DNA of 59,726 bases, filler included, from Sluysia triapertura (GCA_046118255.1; 5 parts of 5 records of this genome joined end to end with filler, not necessarily neighbours in it); one strand, 5' to 3'. Positions 13,621 through 26,714 are shown, counted from the first letter of the whole stretch. The notes: generated by a model not told the origin, from the sequence alone. Translations and numbers: made by a program.

Positions 13621-14456
13621 GGGACTTTAAGTCCACATTGTTTCAACATAATTTTCTAAATGAGTACAATAAACAATTTATTATTTTCTAACGCCTTAAA
13701 TGACTTTATTAATCAATTATTTTTAATTAATAGTTTAATCAATGAACGCAATAATATGACTCAACGAATATTAACCTATCATAATTGGTGTCTTGATACG
13801 TTAATATCAATACAAATGTTCGTGTATTACTTGAAACCGGTTCAACTACCACAATGGTAAATGCAACTCTCTTGAAACGTGATCAAAGATCTACCCTTCA
13901 ACGAAACATTAACAAATAGTATCACTTTCGATGTTGTTGGTGCCAAAGAATTACAATAAATTATTGGTGACAAGAAAGTAATTATAGAAATCTTCATAAT
14001 AATAGTAATAAGAATGGATTCGTCGAATAGAAATTTTTTCGATTTTGATTTTAAACAAACTTTATAAATATCTTAGAAGACATAAAGGAATATCTGAAAC
14101 TGATGGAAGTGGTTCATCAAATATTGCCGAAGAAAAATTACACAACAAAGATGTGCAAGGCATTACGAATACCCAAACTCCTCAATTTATTACCTTCTAC
14201 TCCAAAACCAGAGTAAAACTCAAGTGGAAAGTTTAAGTCATTTTTCCACGCATGTAATGCTCTTTGAAACTTTAATTTTGTAAATACACTACATGTAAGT
14301 TTTATATTTTTTTATTGCATTTACCATTACAAAATTCTTACTCTGAGTTGTAAATTTTTCCCTAACGAGTTAATCGAGAATTCAAAATTCAAGCTTTCAA
14401 GTTAAAATGTTAGTTCAGACATTTTCATCAGATTTCACACTTTATTGTCCGCATAT

Positions 14457-14510
14457 TTATTATTATTATTAATATTATTATTATTATTATTAATTTTATT
14501 ATTATTATTA
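14457..14510. repeat. Imperfect (TTA)n microsatellite
   Basis: Directly visible. Confidence 0.85.
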
Positions 14511-15701
14511 CCGAAACTACATGTAATTTAAATAAAAGATTTAAATTCATTTTATCTAACAATTTAATCATACTTAAATATTGTTATGATAAGATGTCTA
14601 AAATTTCGAAATGTCAATATTATTTCAATTTCGATGATTTAATTTAATCGCAGTTTGTAAAACTAATTTTTGTCGCTTTAAATTCCAAAAATTTAACAAT
14701 AAACAAATTTTAGTCAGTTAGATTTACTTGCAAAATAATTTTTGTATTTGTCCAATAATTTTTTGAATTTCATTCTGCAAATCCTACTTATAGTTAACTT
14801 CAATTGTATGGTCAAATTCTTTCTGAAATCAAAATCATATAAATGATACTAATACATAAAATAATATAGTCCATTCCTATATAATGGTAATTTTTTTATT
14901 GTAGTATTAGTTTGGCCATATAATTTATTTGTTTTTTATACAATATGTTAGTAATTTTGTGCTTATTCGTACTTGTCATTTCTATTCTTGCATATTTTTT
15001 CATTTCTACAACGATTCCGTTTGATGTGTAACATTTTCTGCTTGCTAATAAAGTAGTATTCCACTTCACATTTTTATTTTTCCAATTTTGTTTTCTTTTA
15101 CTTTCTTAAGTTAAATGAACTTTTTGAACTACTTTTTTCTCGATTTTGGTTTTTAAGTATTTTTTATAAAATTACTGAGAATAGTGGAAACTTACAAGTT
15201 TCTTTATAAATTATTTTAAGATTATTATTTCAAATTGTATTCTCCTAATTTATTTATTTAAAACTTTTAAGAGATTCTTGTAACTTCTACCTAATTATTA
15301 AGTGCCACGTTTTCAATTGTTGTTTGTACTTCAAGGAGAATATTAAAATAGCCTTTGTTAACTGCTTTAAATGAAGAGTTATTGAAACCATTTATTAATT
15401 TATATTAATATTTTAATGAACTAAATAAGTTATTTGTTATAATATATATCAATAAATACATTATTCGATATTTTTCTCAAGAGGATGGATAGAAAATTAA
15501 CTAATCAAATGAATTATTCGAGTGAGTTCATCAATCATATGTGCTTTAGATTAGGTGATTGTGTTAAAGACACTTTACTACCACAAAAAATAATTAAAGT
15601 ACAATAATACAAGGCTCAAGAATGGAATTAATTCAAGTTCTTAATGATTAATAATAAGAACTAACATCATAAGAATTAAAAATAAATTTGCCGTGTGTTA
15701 C

Positions 15702-15938
15702 TTGAGAAAAAATAGGATCTGAATCATAATTGTAAATTTTATTACCACTATTTGATCTATTTAACGATTTCTGGTTGGACTGTTTGTATGATTCTGCATT
15801 GAATGATTCAACTTTAACTAACTGTCGTGTTAAATCTTTCACATGAGCTTTATGCTTTTTTTGAATTGCATATATTTGATCGCGTGCATCTGACAACTCT
15901 GTTTTTAACTTTGATACTTCTGATTCTAGATCAATTGT
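15702..15938 (-). CDS. CCDC186: CCDC186-like coiled-coil protein, exon 5
   Basis: tttcag|TIDLESEVSKLKTELSDARDQIYAIQKKHKAHVKDLTRQL...; the KKH...KDLT.QL motif is typical of CCDC186; donor at 15701 is tentative. Confidence 0.75.
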
Positions 15939-16699
15939 CTGAAATGAACATAAAATATTTTAAAACACAAAATGCGGATGTTTGTTTTAACATATAATAA
16001 TTTAATACAATGTATAAAAGATGGGCAATATTAAGTGAAGTTGCGAAGAAGTACTTTTGCTATTGTCAAGGCAGACAGAAATTAACGTTAAAGTGTAAGT
16101 ATAATTAATACATTTCTCTTGTAATAATAATTTAATAATATAATACTGTGTAACACTATAACAATAATAATAATAAACTTAAGGTACTTAAAAATAAAAC
16201 TAAATTAAATAATAATTTTAAATACTTTTTAAGATCCTAAGATTCAAAGTCTCAATTATAAGTACTTTATTAAGACCTTTTAAAGTTCTTAAAAATTTTA
16301 ATGTAAGTAGAAGTTATAAAATACAAAATTATAACCTAAAAGACCATTATAATTTAACTGCTTCGTTTACAACATTTACATTTGATTAAAAAGTTATACT
16401 AATTTATTTTTATCTCGAATTAAAGGCTCTCCTCGAATTATTATCTCTAATTAACGTTGGATTGTGTACCGTAAATTTTCATCACATTTACTTAAAATCA
16501 TTTATTAATTTGTTGAATTTTTTTAAATAGCTACTGAAAATCATAATTTAAAATCATGTTAACATTTTTAAATTAAATTCTTTAAATCTGTAAAATCCTC
16601 TAACATTGTTGTTTATTATAAATTCATTACTTAAATTATATAACCTTAATTTCAAAAAGTCAGTCAATATTTAATTTTCACAACCATTTTAAATAGGTT

Positions 16700-17600
16700 C
16701 TTAAAGAAATATTTTTCACGTCCTATATAAAGGACTTAAAATCACATTTAACTAAACTGGTATCAAGTTTTATAACGAACCTTGAACTCAACTTAATTAA
16801 ATTTTTGAGATTCATATAAAAAATTTTGCAGAGACGTTTGTATTGTACATTGAATTCCGTAATTTTTCTTTCACGCAGTTCTTTTATAAAAATCCTGTGA
16901 AACAGCCTTTAAGTGCGCAATATTTTCAACTTTTAATAAGAAATATTATCATTATAAATTTACATTCAATCGCAAACTAAAACTTTCTTCCATCTTTTCT
17001 GATAATTTGCTTAATGCATTTATGACAGATTTTCTTCCCGAATGCATTTTATCATTTTCACATGATAAACACATCTACCTCAATGGTACTGCATCTTCTG
17101 ATATAAAGTATTTAAGGAAAGTTTTACTATTGCATTTGTATCTCGAATATTTAATTTTACGCTTTATGCTTAGTTTTACTTGCGCAATGTGCTTAAGCTA
17201 CACTTGTGGTATTTTTCTTTTGATTTAACTTCCATATTTTTAGACAAATTATTTGATAATTTTATCATAATTCGAAATATGTTTAGAATGTATTTCTTAT
17301 GTTTGGAAAGTTTTCATTTAATTCATACTGAATAAGAAGTTATGATAGAAAGTTAAGGAGAATTTGAGTTGCTTTTATGGAAATTCCGTTATTATTTTGC
17401 TATATTACAAAATTGTTATTTTAAAGTTGTAGAAATTTTATATATTAATATGTATGGATGTTTTTGAGGTTTTTGAGGTTTTTGAAGTAGGTTTTGTGAT
17501 TTAGATTTAACGTTTTGTTATTATAAATGTGATATTGTTTTTGTAGTTGTGAAGTTTATTTCTTTATGCATGAAATTTTAGATGAAAAGGTTGAACAAAG
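16700..17600 (-). pseudogene. Possible further cassette remnant (C/A-rich arm plus decayed Cys-containing ORF) inside a CCDC186 intron
   Basis: 17400-17590 is G/T-rich on + (C/A-rich on -). Minus strand 17230-16800 reads as a broken ORF (YKCNSKTFLKYF..MCLSCENDK..). Confidence 0.3.
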
Positions 17601-19379
17601 TTTATCTAAATACATTTATAAGCAGCTAAAGGATACGATGATAAAATTATGTGTTATTATGTGTACTACTCAATTATGTATTATTTTACCCGGTCTTGCT
17701 GATCTAGATTCTGACACAATGCATATGCTCAGGACTCTCAAAGTTATGAAGATTATAGTCCAATTTTAACTTTATTAAAATTTTGATTTAGAAAATCAAA
17801 TGATGTTTCCATAAGTAACAAGTGATAATATAGATCATGCAAAACTTGCTAAGTGATGATTTTAATTTCAATTAGTGGTATCTATGAGTCCAGTTCGTTT
17901 GAATTTAAAACCTACATATGGAACGTGATTGGAGTGACCATAACGACGGATTGACCACAGAAGCGGGGAAACACGACTCATCCAGAATCAAAACCTGCCG
18001 ATATCCGGAGGCACCACAGTTTTTAGTTTTTATAAGCTCATTTTTTTGATGGCTATAAAATTTTTATTGAGACAATCCTATTAAATTTCGCCTTCTTCTT
18101 TGAAATTAATACGTATTTGTTGTCTTCTGGTTTGAGTATAAGTGTAAAGCAAATAAATTCAAAGTTTATAAACGTAATGCTTCTAAATGTAAAGCAATTA
18201 AGTTTATTAAAAAATTCGCAAGCATTTAGGATAGAGAATTCTAAACTGAACGTAATAATGAAATTAAAAATTAATACGGTATTGGAAATAGAGATGAAAA
18301 GGTGATAAACAAGTTCGATTCCAATGGGAACACTAGCCTTAAATCACCGAAGTTTTATAAGTGCTACTGCATACGCTCTCAAATTAATAATATAATCGTC
18401 AAGCACCTAAACAAATAATTTTAAACAGGAATTTAAGCATCCTCGACACACAACATTTGTTCGTTTCGGATCACTATGATAAATACAATTTATATACTTA
18501 CTGAAAGTTCTGATTCATTGCAGTATCCTCATATTTACTTGAGTTTTATCGTCGAAACCATATGCACTTTCATCACTTTCACATGAATCTTTCTTAGAAC
18601 ATCTGGTACGATTACCTTAGGTTTATCTACTGAATTTCTTAATGCTTCATTTGAACTGTCTTCATAATTACCTGACTTATCGTTCGCAGGATGAAAACTC
18701 GTTATAGCGTCTGGCAGAGTGGAATAAGAGTTTTATCGCAGGTGAATTCCTTTTAATTTAAATCACTTTGGCAATTAATATTGCAATCATTCTTAATTCC
18801 TGAAGAACCCTTTTGACATGAGAAACCTTGTCGATACTTAACATTTAGGTAGGATGATAATAGATTTATTTATCAAGCAAAATACTACACAAAACTTCAC
18901 ACCTGTTGAATTCGAATACCGTTTATGATACGTCACAAATTAAATAATCGCAAGTCTATATTTCGGATTGTCTTCAGAAAACTGTCTCGGAAATTCTTTG
19001 CTTAATTTTTTCAAGTCTGTTTATTTCACATAAGGAGACATCACATTAATAGGAAGATTGATTGATAGATTGACCTTAAATTATTGCTAATTAATAATAA
19101 TCTCATTCACAACTTATGAAACATTTACAGATAAACATTACACCTTTTAAAAGGATCCATTCTTTGTGACCCCAAATAAGAAGATTATATTTTTCAATTT
19201 GTCACTTATACGAAATATGAACTAACTTATCACTAAAAATTAAACTCTATTTGAATTTCACTTTTATATTAACACAGGAATGTTTGCGCCTTTCTTTGGT
19301 TATGTTTTTATAGCTTGCAACAGTATTATATAATGTATTTAAGTGTTAATTAAAAATAATAATTCCAATTTTTATTAAC

Positions 19380-19677
19380 CTGATTTTGAATTTTTTCTTT
19401 CTCTTTTTGATATGTACATGAATCTGATTTACATTTGTCTTCCCAATAATTCAACTTTATCATTAAATCTTTTCCATTTCGCTCCAATTTCGTTATTTGT
19501 GACTGTAACTTGTTTTGATTATTTAACCATTCTTGCTTTTCAGATTGTAATTCAGCATTTTTGTCGGATAGTGATTGGATAAAATTTAACAATTCAGATT
19601 CCTTAAATTGAAAATTTGAAGCAATATTTTCGTTTTCCTCAATTCGGATTTTAAGTTCTTCATTAGTTTCTTGAAGC
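19380..19677 (-). CDS. CCDC186: CCDC186-like exon 4
   Basis: tacag|g LQETNEELKIRIEE...EKIQNQ|gt; phase 2/0, consistent with neighbouring exons. Confidence 0.8.
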
Positions 19678-20166
19678 CTGTATATTAATAATTAAATAAT
19701 TTTAAATAATATTTTAACGTAACAATAATTCTGCTCTTGATTTCATTGTAGTTCTTTAAGATAAAGTGTTATAAGAGTTCTCTTTTAATTGAAAAATTAT
19801 TCTTATTGAATGATTCAATATAATAGCAATTTTCGTAATTATTTGTGTGAAATGGAAATTTTTTTATAAAATCATATAAATTGATTTTCAGTTTTATTTA
19901 TGAAAATAAAATTCTAAAACGAGATTGATTTGATTTAATTTTATTTGAATGATCGGTGCTTCATTTCATTTAATCCAACGATCACCACAAATTGATACTA
20001 ACTCTATCAATCTATTCCTACTTGAAAAGGAAACTTATATATTTAATATATTTCCAAAATAAAAAAATGACTCCAGAATAATGAATACAAACTAATTTTC
20101 TGAGTTGTTTTCGAAATCTTTAAATACAGAAGTATTGTTTTATATGATGCAAATATAAAAACAAAC

Positions 20167-20366
20167 TTGGAACATTCAAGTTGCAAAGATTCCACTTTCT
20201 TCTCAAAGCTTTCCAAATATTTGATTCTTTCAACTTGCTCTTCTTTTAAAAATGTTAAACTTTTTACATTATCACGAAACTGTTTAATTGATTCTTCTTG
20301 ACATAGTTTATCCGCCTCTGCGTATTTTAAGCGTTCTTTAAGTTTAAGCAAGTCTTGATTTTGTAA
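20167..20366 (-). CDS. CCDC186: CCDC186-like exon 3
   Basis: ttag|LQNQDLLKLKERLKYAE...LECS aa|gt; phase 0/2. Confidence 0.8.
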
Positions 20367-20397
20367 CTAAATATATAAAATTATATTAAAATATTAC

Positions 20398-20619
20398 ACT
20401 AATAGTTTCTTTTTGACTCCTTAATTCAGATAATGACTTTATATGATTTTCATTCAAATCTTTGTATGCTAATTCCTTTTTCCTCAGTTCTTCTTTAATT
20501 GCTTTTAAAGTATTAGTTAAAGAATTTGACTTTATGTCTTCTGAATGTTGATATGTTTTTACAATTTCTTGGCAATTCGTTCTTAATGCATTATTTTCTT
20601 CTCTCAAAACTACCAACAT
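20398..20619 (-). CDS. CCDC186: CCDC186-like exon 2
   Basis: tatag|MLVVLREENNAL...KETIS|gt; 74 codons, phase 0/0. Confidence 0.8.
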
Positions 20620-20674
20620 CTATAAAAACAATTATAATATAAATAATAATATAAATATAAGCAACACAACTAAC

Positions 20675-21298
20675 GCGCTGCATGTCTTCATATTTTTTCT
20701 TTATATCTTTATTTCTATCAATTTCTTCTTTGTATTTCACTTCCTCATTTTTCAATTTTTGTTCTGCGACAGTAACTGAAGCTTTCAGATTAATAAGTTC
20801 CTTTTCGTAACTTGAAGAATCCGTAAATCTATTTTTAACTTCTTTGAGAAGGCGTTCCTTGTCAGAAGTTAAAGAATCAATTGTTACCTTTTGGTCTTTC
20901 AATTTTTGATCTAAATCTTTGGTTCTTTTTTGCAATTCCAGAAACTTTTGTTCAGACTGAGCATATTTTAATACCAATGATTCCTTTTCCTTTTTCATTT
21001 CATCAATAAATTTTTTCGAATTATCAGATTTAGTTTTTAATTGGGACTTTAAATCTTCGTTAAGATTTTTAAGATCATTATTTTCAATTTGTAATTTTGA
21101 GACTTTTGTAAATGACGCCTCAATGCAGCCATTTAGCCTAGTTATTTCACATTTTAATACATTGTAATCATCTGAAACCTCATTCAATGAAGTTTCCCCA
21201 TTATCAGATTCAGGCACCGCATCAGTTTTTGCAGCACAATCTAATTCACTTTGGCCATTAAAATTTGTGTCACATTTTGAGGAATCAATATCATCCAT
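20675..21298 (-). CDS. CCDC186: CCDC186-like exon 1
   Basis: ATG at 21298; coiled coil with KEKESLVLKYAQSEQK resembling the CCDC186 EKE.MVMKY..E motif; ends DMQR|gt after 208 codons. Confidence 0.8.
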
Positions 21299-22291
21299 AA
21301 ATAAAAATTAAAAATAATAGAAGAGTTTTTAAAATGTAAAAGTAAAAATAATTAATTTTATATACTTAAAATTATTATATCTTATAAAAGTAATATTTAA
21401 AATTTGTAAAATATTTATAAATTAAGAATCAAAATTATTAATAATGTGTCGTGTTTAATAAAAGAAAAAACAAAATATTTTTTTGAAAAAATATAAAAAT
21501 GCCAAATAATACATTTTCAATTTTTATTATTGTTTATGTGATCATAGAAAGTGGTTTAGAACTGTTCCATAGTTTAAAAGTTTAAATATTAAGGAATTAA
21601 AAGTTTCGTTTCATTGAGAGCGAAAGTTACTAAAGTTATTATATTTGTTGAATCGGCAGTGATTGTTATTTGAATCTGAGATTGTTTTTTAATCTATGAT
21701 TTGATAATAATGATAATATAATATAATAAAAATAATAATTAGAATTTTAAAACTAATTCTTAGAAATTAGTATGTATTACATATGTATTAAAGCTGGAAA
21801 AGTACCTATTCATTGATAAAATTCAGTAAATGTTCTGAATACAAAAACACAATAAAAAAGAGAGAATATATTCAATGGAAAACGCATTTGACGAGTATTT
21901 AAAAAAACAACTATGAAATAAAATTGTTATAAAATACTACAGACGAAAATTTTTCAAAAATAATTTAAACACAAAACTAAAATAAAAATATCGATTAATT
22001 TACTCATTAATTAAAACCTTTCTAAAGATTTTATTACGACTTAAATTTGCTCTTTATAGAATACTGGTTTACTCATTCACTATTTGTTAAAGGTTATTTC
22101 ATTGTGAGTTTGTATATAATGGTTATATTTATAAAGGGTTAAAATATCTAGTGTGTGACATTTCATTATTTAAATACGTGATATTTCTTATTGTTGAACT
22201 TTACGCACCTTATCATTGTTGTGTCTTTTATACTTTTTATTTCACAAATTATTAATCAAAACCCAATAATTAAACAACTTCAGAATCTCGA

Positions 22292-22391
22292 NNNNNNNNN
22301 NNNNNNNNNNNNNNNNNNNNNNNNNNNNNNNNNNNTTAATTAATTAANNNNNNNNNNNNNNNNNNNNNNNNNNNNNNNNNNNNNNNNNNNN
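22292..22391. other. Artificial contig spacer
   Basis: N block with TTAATTAATTAA. Confidence 0.98.
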
Positions 22392-22499
22392 ATATATTTA
22401 TTTGTTTTATTTTAAAAATTCAATTTAATGATAATTTCAACTACATTAATTTTTTATTTAATAAAATACTAATATTTTAAAATACTATGATCTAAAATT

Positions 22500-22671
22500 A
22501 AAAATACCTTTACAATTGTTTCAAGTTGATTTTAGAATTTAAAAGGTAGGTTTTGAAGGTGAGTGTTATGTTGGCAAAACTTATGTAAAATGAATGCTTT
22601 TGATGAGTGTTTTGGGAAATATTTAACAAAAATTTAATAAAATTTATTAAGGTTATATGTTGGCCGCCACA
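22500..22671 (-). mobile_element. Truncated 5' arm of the cassette family
   Basis: Reverse complement tgtggcggccaacatataaccttaataaattttatt...cataacactca aligns with the start of copy A at 23928. Confidence 0.7.
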
Positions 22672-22954
22672 CTCAAATCATTGACGACTTCATGTTGAAA
22701 ATATAAGATTATGTGTAGAGATGAAACAAAATAATCTTTTTTGTTATATTTACGAAATAAATCGATAGAAAATATAGTTATTTTTTTTCTCTTCATTTTT
22801 TTGATAATTTTTGATAATTTTGCTCCTTAAAACTTTATTAAAATATTTTAATTAGCCAATAATATGTAGGTTAAATGAAACACACTTTTACAATACGAAA
22901 TTTTATTAAATTACTATTTTTGTTTAACGTATTATTTCTGGTGTGATTTTTCTA

Positions 22955-23748
22955 ACATTTAACCTAAGGCAAAATATTTAAAGTAAACTTCTTATGTCAT
23001 AAAGAGGTCGTTTCTGTAACTAAAAAAAGCTAATATTTTATCTGAATAGTAATGCTCCTTAATTAGGGTCTTAACAAATGTTTAATTACTGTGTAATTAT
23101 TAATTCTTTAAAAAACTTATTAATTTACTTTCAATTAGACGACATTTAATTAAATAAATACAAAATACCAGCTATATTATGCAACAATACTAAAACTTTA
23201 TAACAATAATAAGACTAAAGATAAATAGAAAAGTTAATATTTTAAAAATTGAAGCTCCGATAATGTTTCATTTTATATCTGTATTATCCTTCAATATATC
23301 TGGGACTAATAATTAAGAGTTTCAGTAAATTTTATAAGTTCAACTTCGGAATATATATATAAATAATATATAAATAACCAAAGCATGGAACTCTAGACGA
23401 ATATTGAATGATTGTTTCTAGGTGGATGTTGCAAAAGTGTCGAATGTATTGTTAATTGTGATAAATTACGAAGAAATTCCAAAAACACCAAAATTGTAAT
23501 GTAGCAAAATCAAAAATGGTACTTAAAATATTATATTTCAAAATAGCTATTAACTAACATTCAGTAAACTGTAATTTGTTTATTTACTAGTCGTCAGCCA
23601 ATAGGAATCGACTGAATTTTCTAGAACATTCTAGAGCTTCTATTCAATTTTTAGAAGAGAATTTTTTTTGTAAAAATTACTTTTAAAGATTACTTTTTTC
23701 AAAAATACATTTTAAATGATTTTAGAGGGTTGTAATGACAACCTAACA
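22955..23748 (+). repeat. Dispersed repeat R1, copy 2
   Basis: aacctaaggcaaaata, tctgtaac, actagtcgtcagccaat and terminal hairpin ggttgt-aatg-acaacc followed by taa. Confidence 0.7.
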
Positions 23749-24933
23749 TATCCGGAAACACGAATTTTTGAAGGTCTTGCTCAGATCGATAATAAATCAG
23801 ACAATTTAATTTTGATTTAATGCAAAATTTATGGAAATATAATGATTTGAATGTAACGTTTCATTTTGACTATTAAAATAGTTATCTAACTGAAATATGT
23901 TTTTTCATTTTTAATTTCCAATAGTAATGTGATGGCCAACCCATGACCTTAGCAAATTTTATCAAAATTTATTTTAAATATAATACACATTTTCAAAAAT
24001 TTATTAAAAACATTTTTTGCATAACACTCAACCCCAAGATCTACAACTCACATTTTAAATTCACAATTCGATAAAAAAATAACTAACATCATACCACAAG
24101 CTTGTAAAATTCGTCACAACCGTTTTTATATCTTATTCCTTTTCAGATCCACCAAAATCAACTTACATTTTTCAAAACATTTCAAACCTTATAACATACA
24201 AACCACAATGATATTCAAATCCATCAAATTACATTAAAAATTCATCTAAAATATTTTATTCTTCATTTCAACTACAACCACGTTCGAAATTAACTACCAG
24301 ACACCTTCAGATTAATTTGAACATTCTAAATTCGTGATTCGTTATCATTTAATCATTACTTTCACACAAAACTCTAACGTATATTATCATTCATTCTAAA
24401 CACTCATGTTATTTCAAAATAATTAAATTATAACTTTCAATACTCAAGCTCATCTTCAATCAGAGACATTATTTCAATTAGAACATCAAGGTGTATTCTA
24501 ACATCCATATAAAGTATTCATATTGTTTCAAAATATTTAACACCTAAATCTATTTTCACTTGAAATGAGTAAATAGCATTAAAAATTACACCAAAACGCT
24601 TTACACATTATCTTATAACAACAGCCTCACTATTACACCTTAAAACCTGATCCAAGACAGGTAACAATAAGCTGTAACAACACAAGAGAATAGTAGTGCT
24701 TTGAATTGCCAGGATTTTAAATATGTTCAGAAATAATTAAAGAATTAGAAAGAAAGCTTGTGATATAAGTTTCAAAAAGAATTTATGTATTTAGTAATAA
24801 TAGTAATAATAATAACATTCTTGTTATTATTATTACTATCATCAATTTATTTTTCATTATTATTTATTATTATCATCATTACTCTATTTTAATTTCATTA
24901 TTTTTCAACTAAATTAAATTCTATCCGATGATT

Positions 24934-25057
24934 GCCACTATCACTGATGACATTCTTTAGTTGTCATCCTTGATAGTGGCTTATTGTATATTGCAAGAGT
25001 GAATAGTAGTATTACTGGTTGTCCAACCAGAGATTCACTCTGGTTGGACAACCAATC
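24934..25057 (+). promoter_or_regulatory. Twin-hairpin module of copy A (putative promoter or origin)
   Basis: gccactatca-ct-gatgaca / tgtcatc-ct-tgatagtggc stem; perfect 17-bp stem tggttgtccaaccagag-attca-ctctggttggacaacca (25016-25054) running into CCAAT; about 110 bp before the ATG. Confidence 0.65.
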
Positions 25058-25164
25058 AAAGAAAAACCAGAAAAATAGTTTAAAAAATTAAAATTGTAAA
25101 TTTCAAGTAGTAAAAAAAGAGGGTCACTGAAAAATTATCTCTCAAATTTATTGATAACTCAAAA

Positions 25165-26190
25165 ATGAAAATTTATGGTACTGTGAATATTAAAGTTTGT
25201 TATTAGGAGATATTACTAAATTGCCTCTAGAATCTGTAGTTAATTTAATTTTGATGTCTCCTTTTCTAAATAATTATGTGTCTATACCAGGAACCTTAAT
25301 TGGTGCTTTAGAAAGTAATTTGCACTTATGTGTTACTAAATTTTCTGAGGCAAAACATGAAGATATACGAAAACATTGTAATTGCTGGTTATCCAATGAT
25401 TTACCGTGTCACTTACCTTATAAACGTTTATTGTGTTACAACAGGACTTAGCAAATTTTAATTTTCACATTGTTTGTCTAACATTGTGTACAACATTTCA
25501 TCACAAAGACTGGTCTTTAATTACACCTAATTTAGCACTTGTAAATCAGAGAGCTGATAAAGTGGATATGATTAGAACTATAATTAAACCCATCGTTACT
25601 TGGTTGCGTGCCGGCATTCCGTTGGTTAATATGAATATAGTAATCTATAAAAGAGATTTAACTAAATATACATCTCAAAATGATTTAAAGGTAATAGAAG
25701 AATTTGAACGATTAAAGAAATTATTGCTTGATACTCTCATTAATAATATTGATGTACAAATTAAACAAGATATGATTTTTGTATATACGAAGATCTTTTA
25801 CATGTTAATTGATATAATTAGAAAATTGCCCGATAAGCACGAATTTAAATCGAAAAAGTTTTGCTTCAATGAACCACCAGAAAACGATAATGAAGATAAT
25901 GCTATGAATGAAGAGTTTAATGACGTATTAAAATTTAAAGAAAATGTTAAATAAACAACCAATAAAATATAGAAGTCATTTAAGCAGACACTATTCAAGT
26001 CAATTCAGCAAGAATGCTTTTTGCCCATTCAGTAGTGACAACAATGGTGTATGTATAAAGAGTGGAATTGGCTGCATCTATGCTCATACAGTTTACGAAT
26101 CGGTGTTTATCAAGTAAAACGATACAAATTATGATTATCATTCTTCTAGAATAGCAGAACTACTCATGGGTCTCATTCATCGACAATGAA
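25165..26190 (+). pseudogene. Frameshifted Macro-like (Macro-TIR family) domain, TIR-start remnant and CCCH finger
   Basis: GDITKLP..VVN...PGTLIGAL...KHEDIR..NCWLS..LP.HLPYKRLLC and WLRAGIPL...IVIY; later KYRSHL.RHY..FCPF..C.YK..GCIYAH; frameshifts near 25200, 25440, 25950 and 26050. Confidence 0.65.
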
Positions 26191-26714
26191 TTCGACTACC
26201 AACATTTTAATCATGGGCAATCAAGAAGTAAACAATTTTTGTAGTTACATTAATGATATTATAAATTTTTATTGTTATTTAGATAGTGAAATATATCGGA
26301 ATAAATTTTTGTGTGATTTTTATTTGTTTTTTAGTAATGAAGATTTTATAGTTCATTCTCGTTTTGTAATTTTAAAGAATAAAATTTTAATAGATTTTGA
26401 TAATGTGTTCAATAAATATAATGTAGTTAGTAATTTAAATTTAATTTCAAAATTCTTAATTTATCATAAAGCCAACAAGTAACAATGCAATTTGGTCATA
26501 TTATCATACTCAATTAAGACCACTTCAATTAAGCGTTTTAGTGTAACTTTCGTAGCAGCCGGGTAGCATCAATAAACGTTCTGATGAATTTACTTGTTTT
26601 AATAAGCGAATATGTGTTGAGTATACATTGTTTATTTATGTAAGTGATTGGCTATATCACTTGTATCCAGTATTATAGGATATTTTAGATTTGTTTGCAT
26701 CTACTCCATATTTA

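Larger units (their letters stand above)
23928..26500 (+). mobile_element. Cargo cassette copy A
   Basis: tgtgatggccaacc start, C/A arm, AAT tract, two hairpins, cargo ORF, 3' module, end near caatttggtcat (3' end approximate). Confidence 0.75.

Noticed and set aside
17880-18020. GC-richer island with a ctggatgag motif, considered as a hammerhead ribozyme
   Set aside because: The CUGANGA and GAAA cores with the required stems could not be assembled
25007-25015. TAGTATTAC, the circovirus/nanovirus nonanucleotide, next to hairpin 2 of copy A
   Set aside because: It lies outside the loop, is absent from copies B, C and D, and such an AT-rich 9-mer is expected by chance in 60 kb
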